Of a stretch of DNA of 10,027 nt, positions 6,980 to 10,027 are shown in pieces. The notes beneath the pieces were generated by a model. It did not search any database, was not told where the DNA came from, and saw only the letters and a program-made list of their open reading frames with translations. A program made the position numbers and the translations under genes. The stretch is taken from assembly GCA_023136205.1 (NCBI GenBank), contig JAGLRQ010000032.1, forward strand, positions 1 through 10,027. The letters run 5' to 3'. Position 1 is the first letter of the stretch; each line of letters opens with the position of its first letter. The DNA comes from Candidatus Auribacterota bacterium (GTDB lineage: Bacteria; Auribacterota; UBA6266).

Positions 6980-7807
6980 ATGGGCCGAATAATAGCTATA
7001 GTTAACCAAAAAGGCGGAGTGGGAAAAACCACTACGGCTGTTAACTTGAGCGCCTGTCTCGGAGAATTCAAACAGAAAGTCCTCCTTATAGATTTGGATC
7101 CCCAGAGTAATACCACAAGCGGTGTTGGTATAGACAAATACAAAGTAACCGAAGGAATTTATAAAGCTATTATCGGGCACCATCCGCTTATCGGCGTTAT
7201 AATGCACACCGAGTTCAAAAACCTTGATGTAATACCCTCGACCCCGGATCTTGCGGGCGCGGAAGTAGAGCTTTTAGAGATAGAAAACAGGCATAACCGG
7301 CTTAGAGAAGAAATAATACCTTTAAAAGAAAAATATGACTTTATTATTATTGATTGCCCTCCCGCGCTCGGCCAGCTTACGATGAATGCCTTAAGCGCGT
7401 CAGATTCTGTTCTTGTCCCAATCCAGTGTGATTATTATGCTCTTGAGGGTCTGATTCAGCTTATGAAAACGATTGAACTTGTTCAGAGGCAGATGAATAC
7501 GGCCCTTGAAATAGAAGGTATGGTGATGACAATGGGTGATCTTCGTACCAACCTGGCGAGACAGGTGATAGAAGATGTGAAGAATCACTTTGGGGATAAG
7601 ATGTTCAAAACTGTAATTTTAAGAAATATAACATTGAGCGAAGCTCCGGGTTTTGGAAAACCGATTATTTATTATGATATAAATTCGCAGGGGTCTAAAG
7701 ATTACTTATCCCTTGCGCGAGAAGTAATTACGAAAAACAAGGAGACGGAAAGTGGCAAAGAAAGCGCTTGGGAAAGGGTTGGGAGCGATAATCCAGCATC
7801 CGGCTGA
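6980..7807 (+). CDS. parA: Chromosome partitioning ATPase ParA/Soj
   Basis: 275 aa with the deviant Walker A motif IVNQKGGVGKTTTAVNL, Walker B FIIIDCPP and the typical Soj core. The C-terminus is ~15 aa longer than I expect for Soj because the frame reads 56 nt into parB. Confidence 0.95.
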   Translation: MGRIIAIVNQKGGVGKTTTAVNLSACLGEFKQKVLLIDLDPQSNTTSGVGIDKYKVTEGIYKAIIGHHPLIGVIMHTEFKNLDVIPSTPDLAGAEVELLEIENRHNRLREEIIPLKEKYDFIIIDCPPALGQLTMNALSASDSVLVPIQCDYYALEGLIQLMKTIELVQRQMNTALEIEGMVMTMGDLRTNLARQVIEDVKNHFGDKMFKTVILRNITLSEAPGFGKPIIYYDINSQGSKDYLSLAREVITKNKETESGKESAWERVGSDNPASG

Positions 7808-8606
7808 GGCAACTGAACTGGTTGTTAACGTACCTGTGGATAAGATTAAGGCTAATATATACCAGCCAAGAAAGAAATTTGATAACGAAAGGTTCAAAGA
7901 GCTTGTAGATTCCATAAGAGAAAAGGGTATTCTGAACCCGGTTACCGTAAGGAAAGCAGGTGGAGGCTATGAACTGATTGCCGGAGAGAGAAGATACCGC
8001 GCCGCAAAAACCCTCAAAATGGACAAAATACTGGCTATTGTAAGGACGGCAAACAACGAAGAGTCGCTCGAACTGGCCCTTATAGAAAACCTGCAGAGGG
8101 AAGACTTAAACCCAATAGAAGAGGCGGAAGGGTATAAAAGCCTTATGGATAACTTTGGATTAACACAACAACTTGTGGCGCAGCGTGTTGGCAAAAACAG
8201 GGCTACGGTTGCAAATATTTTAAGGATTCTCTCTCTACCCGCGAAAGTTAAAAATTATATTGAACAAGGAGAGCTATCCTTTGGCCACGCGAAGGTTCTT
8301 TTAGGCGTTAACGGCGCCCAGAGGCAGATCGAAATATGCCAAAAGGCCGTAAGTTCAGGTATTTCTGTAAGAGAACTTGAGAAACTGCTTCTCCCTGAAT
8401 CGGAAAAACCGCCTGCCAAAAAGAAAGAAACAAGAGGTTTTTCCCAGGCAAAAAGGATCGAAGACCAGCTCCAACATCTTCTGGGAACGAAAGTTACATT
8501 AAAAGACAGGGGAAGTAAAGGCAAGATTGAAATAGAATATTACTCCCTTAATGATCTGGATAGAATTCTGGAATATTTTAAGGTTAAAGGGGACAGCGCC
8601 TTTTAA
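7752..8606 (+). CDS. parB: Chromosome partitioning protein ParB/Spo0J
   Basis: 284 aa with a GTG start preceded by AAGGAG (7739-7744). The N-terminus is KKALGKGLGAII, and the GERRYRAAK (CTP-binding/arginine patch) motif is present. The HTH is LTQQLVAQRVGKNRATVANILRIL, and the C-terminal dimerisation block is GKIEIEYYSLNDLDRILEYF. Confidence 0.95.
   Translation: MAKKALGKGLGAIIQHPAEATELVVNVPVDKIKANIYQPRKKFDNERFKELVDSIREKGILNPVTVRKAGGGYELIAGERRYRAAKTLKMDKILAIVRTANNEESLELALIENLQREDLNPIEEAEGYKSLMDNFGLTQQLVAQRVGKNRATVANILRILSLPAKVKNYIEQGELSFGHAKVLLGVNGAQRQIEICQKAVSSGISVRELEKLLLPESEKPPAKKKETRGFSQAKRIEDQLQHLLGTKVTLKDRGSKGKIEIEYYSLNDLDRILEYFKVKGDSAF
8586..8604 (+). repeat. Left arm of the 19-bp perfect inverted repeat flanking the RAYT gene (REP-like hairpin)
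   Basis: AAAGGGGACAGCGCCTTTT has its exact reverse complement at 9321-9339. It can self-fold (AAAGG/CCTTT stem). It lies inside the parB 3' end, where codons KGDSAF and the first T of the TAA stop are encoded by it. Confidence 0.9.
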
Positions 8607-8646
8607 TTATTGACATAAATAAATTTTCTCCATAAAATATGTGATT

Positions 8647-9309
8647 ATGCCCAGACAATCACGAATAGTAATCCCAAATATAGCTCACCACATAACGCAA
8701 CGCGGTAATTATGGCCGAAATGTCTTTAGCTCAGATGAAGACTATAAGATATATTTGCGCTGGTTTACAGAATACACGAATAAATATAAGCTTGATGTTT
8801 TAGCGTATTGTCTTATGAGAAACCATGTTCATTTTATAGTTGTGCCTAAGAGAGAAGAATCATTATCTCGGATATATAATACACTGCATATGAGATATGC
8901 CCAGTATATAAATAGAATGAGTAAAGAAAGGGGGCATCTGTGGCAGGGAAGGTTTTATTCTTGTTTGTTAGATGATAAACATTTATACCGGGCGATAAGA
9001 TATGTAGAGAGGAACCCCGTACGAGCCGGGATGGTGAAGAAAGCATGGGAGTACAAATGGTCAAGTGCAAGGTGCCATATGGGGGAAGGGGGGAAAGGAA
9101 TGGTTTCTTTAAGTGAATCATTTGATATGGGAAGAAAAGAGTGGATGGAGTATTTATCTGACAGCGATAATGAGATGGTAGGGGAGATAAGATTAAAGAC
9201 TCAAAGAGGCCTTGCTGTCGGGACAGATAATTTTATAAAGAAGATAGAGAATAAAATTAAACGATCTTTGAAATATTTAAATCGAGGGAGGCCAAGTAAG
9301 AAAAGATAG
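8647..9309 (+). CDS. REP-associated tyrosine transposase (RAYT) / IS200-like Y1 HUH transposase (COG1943 type)
   Basis: The product begins MPRQSRIVIPNIAHHITQRGNYGRNVF. The HUH motif is AYCLMRNHVHFIV, followed by GHLWQGRFYS. The catalytic-Tyr region is YRAIRYVERNPVRAGMV, followed by YKWSS. The C-terminal tail ..NFIKKIE..RGRPSKKR is typical of this family. ATG 8647 is preferred, and an in-frame GTG at 8641 (the ORF-track start) is the alternative. Confidence 0.85.
   Translation: MPRQSRIVIPNIAHHITQRGNYGRNVFSSDEDYKIYLRWFTEYTNKYKLDVLAYCLMRNHVHFIVVPKREESLSRIYNTLHMRYAQYINRMSKERGHLWQGRFYSCLLDDKHLYRAIRYVERNPVRAGMVKKAWEYKWSSARCHMGEGGKGMVSLSESFDMGRKEWMEYLSDSDNEMVGEIRLKTQRGLAVGTDNFIKKIENKIKRSLKYLNRGRPSKKR
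9227..9265 (+). repeat. 39-nt segment inside the RAYT 3' coding region that is duplicated downstream
   Basis: ATAATTTTATAAAGAAgATAGAGAATAaAATtAAACGAT matches 9382-9420 at 36/39 positions in direct orientation. Confidence 0.85.
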
Positions 9310-9320
9310 AAATCAACAGG

Positions 9321-9339
9321 AAAAGGCGCTGTCCCCTTT
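9321..9339 (-). repeat. Right arm of the 19-bp perfect inverted repeat flanking the RAYT gene
   Basis: AAAAGGCGCTGTCCCCTTT is the exact reverse complement of 8586-8604. It lies 12 nt after the RAYT stop and is followed by CTTTTAT, so it may double as a weak terminator hairpin. Confidence 0.9.
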
Positions 9340-9380
9340 CTTTTATAGACGAAATACTCACATATCTTTGGTGTTTGTCT

Positions 9381-9422
9381 AATAATTTTATAAAGAAAAT
9401 AGAGAATAGAATCAAACGATAA
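9381..9422 (+). pseudogene. Orphan 3' fragment of a second, diverged RAYT gene
   Basis: It reads NNFIKKIENRIKR then stop, against DNFIKKIENKIKRS.. in the intact gene. The three nucleotide differences are two synonymous changes and one K-to-R change in the RAYT frame. I could see no similarity upstream of the segment. Confidence 0.5.
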
Positions 9423-9444
9423 CTCTTAACCGTTAGCTATAAAT

Positions 9445-9906
9445 ATGATGAGAAGAGAAATTAAAAAGAATATCACTGTTGCTATTGGATTAGTAGCTTC
9501 TCTGATTACGATTTTAGTTTTTACGACTGGGAAATTTTCTATCGGAGATTTTATCGGGAAGCAATCAATTCCAGTTCCAGCAATTCGTGTGAGTAAAGCC
9601 GATAATATAAAATACGATTATTCTGGCAAATGGGCATTAATTAATATTGCAAGCAAAGCATGCGCATATTCTGGACATAAACTTGTTGCAGATGCAGAAG
9701 TGATCGATATCATTGAATCTGGCGATTCCCGGCCAAATCTACTTGATGTACTAGAGCGACATTATGACCATAATGGTGAAGTGTATTATGAGGGGAAAAT
9801 AACCTTTAGATTTGCTTTTGCAGGCGCCAATGTTGAAAAAAATACACCAATTAGGGGAAAGAGAATACATTCTATTTTTAACACATGGCCTTCTGGGGGG
9901 CCTTGA
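9445..9906 (+). CDS. Hypothetical membrane-anchored protein, no recognisable family
   Basis: A 153-aa ORF with one N-terminal hydrophobic helix (ITVAIGLVASLITILVFTT) after a basic MMRREIKK start, then a ~115-aa soluble part. There is no obvious Shine-Dalgarno. Spot counts of two 60-nt lines gave 33% and 38% GC, against 43-52% in lines from core genes. Confidence 0.5.
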   Translation: MMRREIKKNITVAIGLVASLITILVFTTGKFSIGDFIGKQSIPVPAIRVSKADNIKYDYSGKWALINIASKACAYSGHKLVADAEVIDIIESGDSRPNLLDVLERHYDHNGEVYYEGKITFRFAFAGANVEKNTPIRGKRIHSIFNTWPSGGP

Positions 9907-9986
9907 AATACGAAAAGAGAGGGTTTCCCGTTGACAAATAAAGTGCAATAGATATGCAAATTATCTATCTAAAGAAAGGAATAAGG

Positions 9987-10027
9987 ATGAATCGAATCTA
10001 TGTGTTTATCATGGCATGCATGATACT
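9987..10027 (+). CDS. Possible 5' end of an ORF running off the window (hydrophobic N-terminus)
   Basis: ATG at 9987 is preceded by AAGGAATAAGG. It reads MNRIYVFIMACMI.. with only 13 codons visible. Confidence 0.25.
   Translation, partial: MNRIYVFIMACMI

Larger units (their letters stand above)
8586..9339 (+). mobile_element. RAYT module: inverted REP-like hairpins bracketing a single HUH/Y1 transposase gene
   Basis: A perfect 19-bp inverted-repeat pair lies 754 bp apart (outer edges) and encloses only the Y1 transposase ORF. This architecture matches the known REP-RAYT arrangement. Mobility and extra REP copies cannot be assessed from one window. Confidence 0.6.

Noticed and set aside
7835-7843. 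Perfect DnaA box TGTGGATAA (reverse complement of TTATCCACA)
   Set aside because: It is a single copy inside the parB coding sequence (codons for PVDK). I found no cluster of boxes or adjacent AT-rich unwinding element. One perfect 9-mer is uncommon by chance (~0.08 expected in 10 kb on both strands), but it is not evidence of an origin on its own.

Overview
Most of this window is an ordinary, tightly packed origin-proximal housekeeping cluster, all on the + strand: rpmH, rnpA, yidC (long form with a periplasmic domain, so probably a diderm), mnmE, mnmG, a YhcC/TIGR01212-type radical SAM gene, parA and parB. The taxon cannot be determined from the sequence. Gene spacing suggests three transcription units: rpmH to mnmE, mnmG to the radical SAM gene, and parAB. 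Each unit follows an intergenic region carrying a distinctive element. A 43-nt repeat precedes both rpmH and mnmG, and two parS palindromes precede parA. rpmH was missing from the ORF track and was found by hand, downstream of a perfect TTGACA-17-TATAAT promoter. The cluster is bounded by recombinase genes. On the left is the truncated 3' end of an integron-integrase-like tyrosine recombinase. On the right is a RAYT/IS200-like HUH (Y1) transposase bracketed by a perfect 19-bp inverted repeat whose left arm supplies the last codons and stop of parB. A 39-bp diverged fragment of a second RAYT gene follows, then AT-rich orphan ORFs. I see no CRISPR array, tRNA/rRNA, recognisable defence system or oriC-like DnaA-box cluster. 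The least-explained signals are the RAYT/inverted-repeat module, the 43-nt leader repeat, and the Elp3-like radical SAM gene translationally coupled to mnmG where rsmG normally sits. All family assignments rest on motif recognition by eye and on remembered sequences, because no searches could be run.
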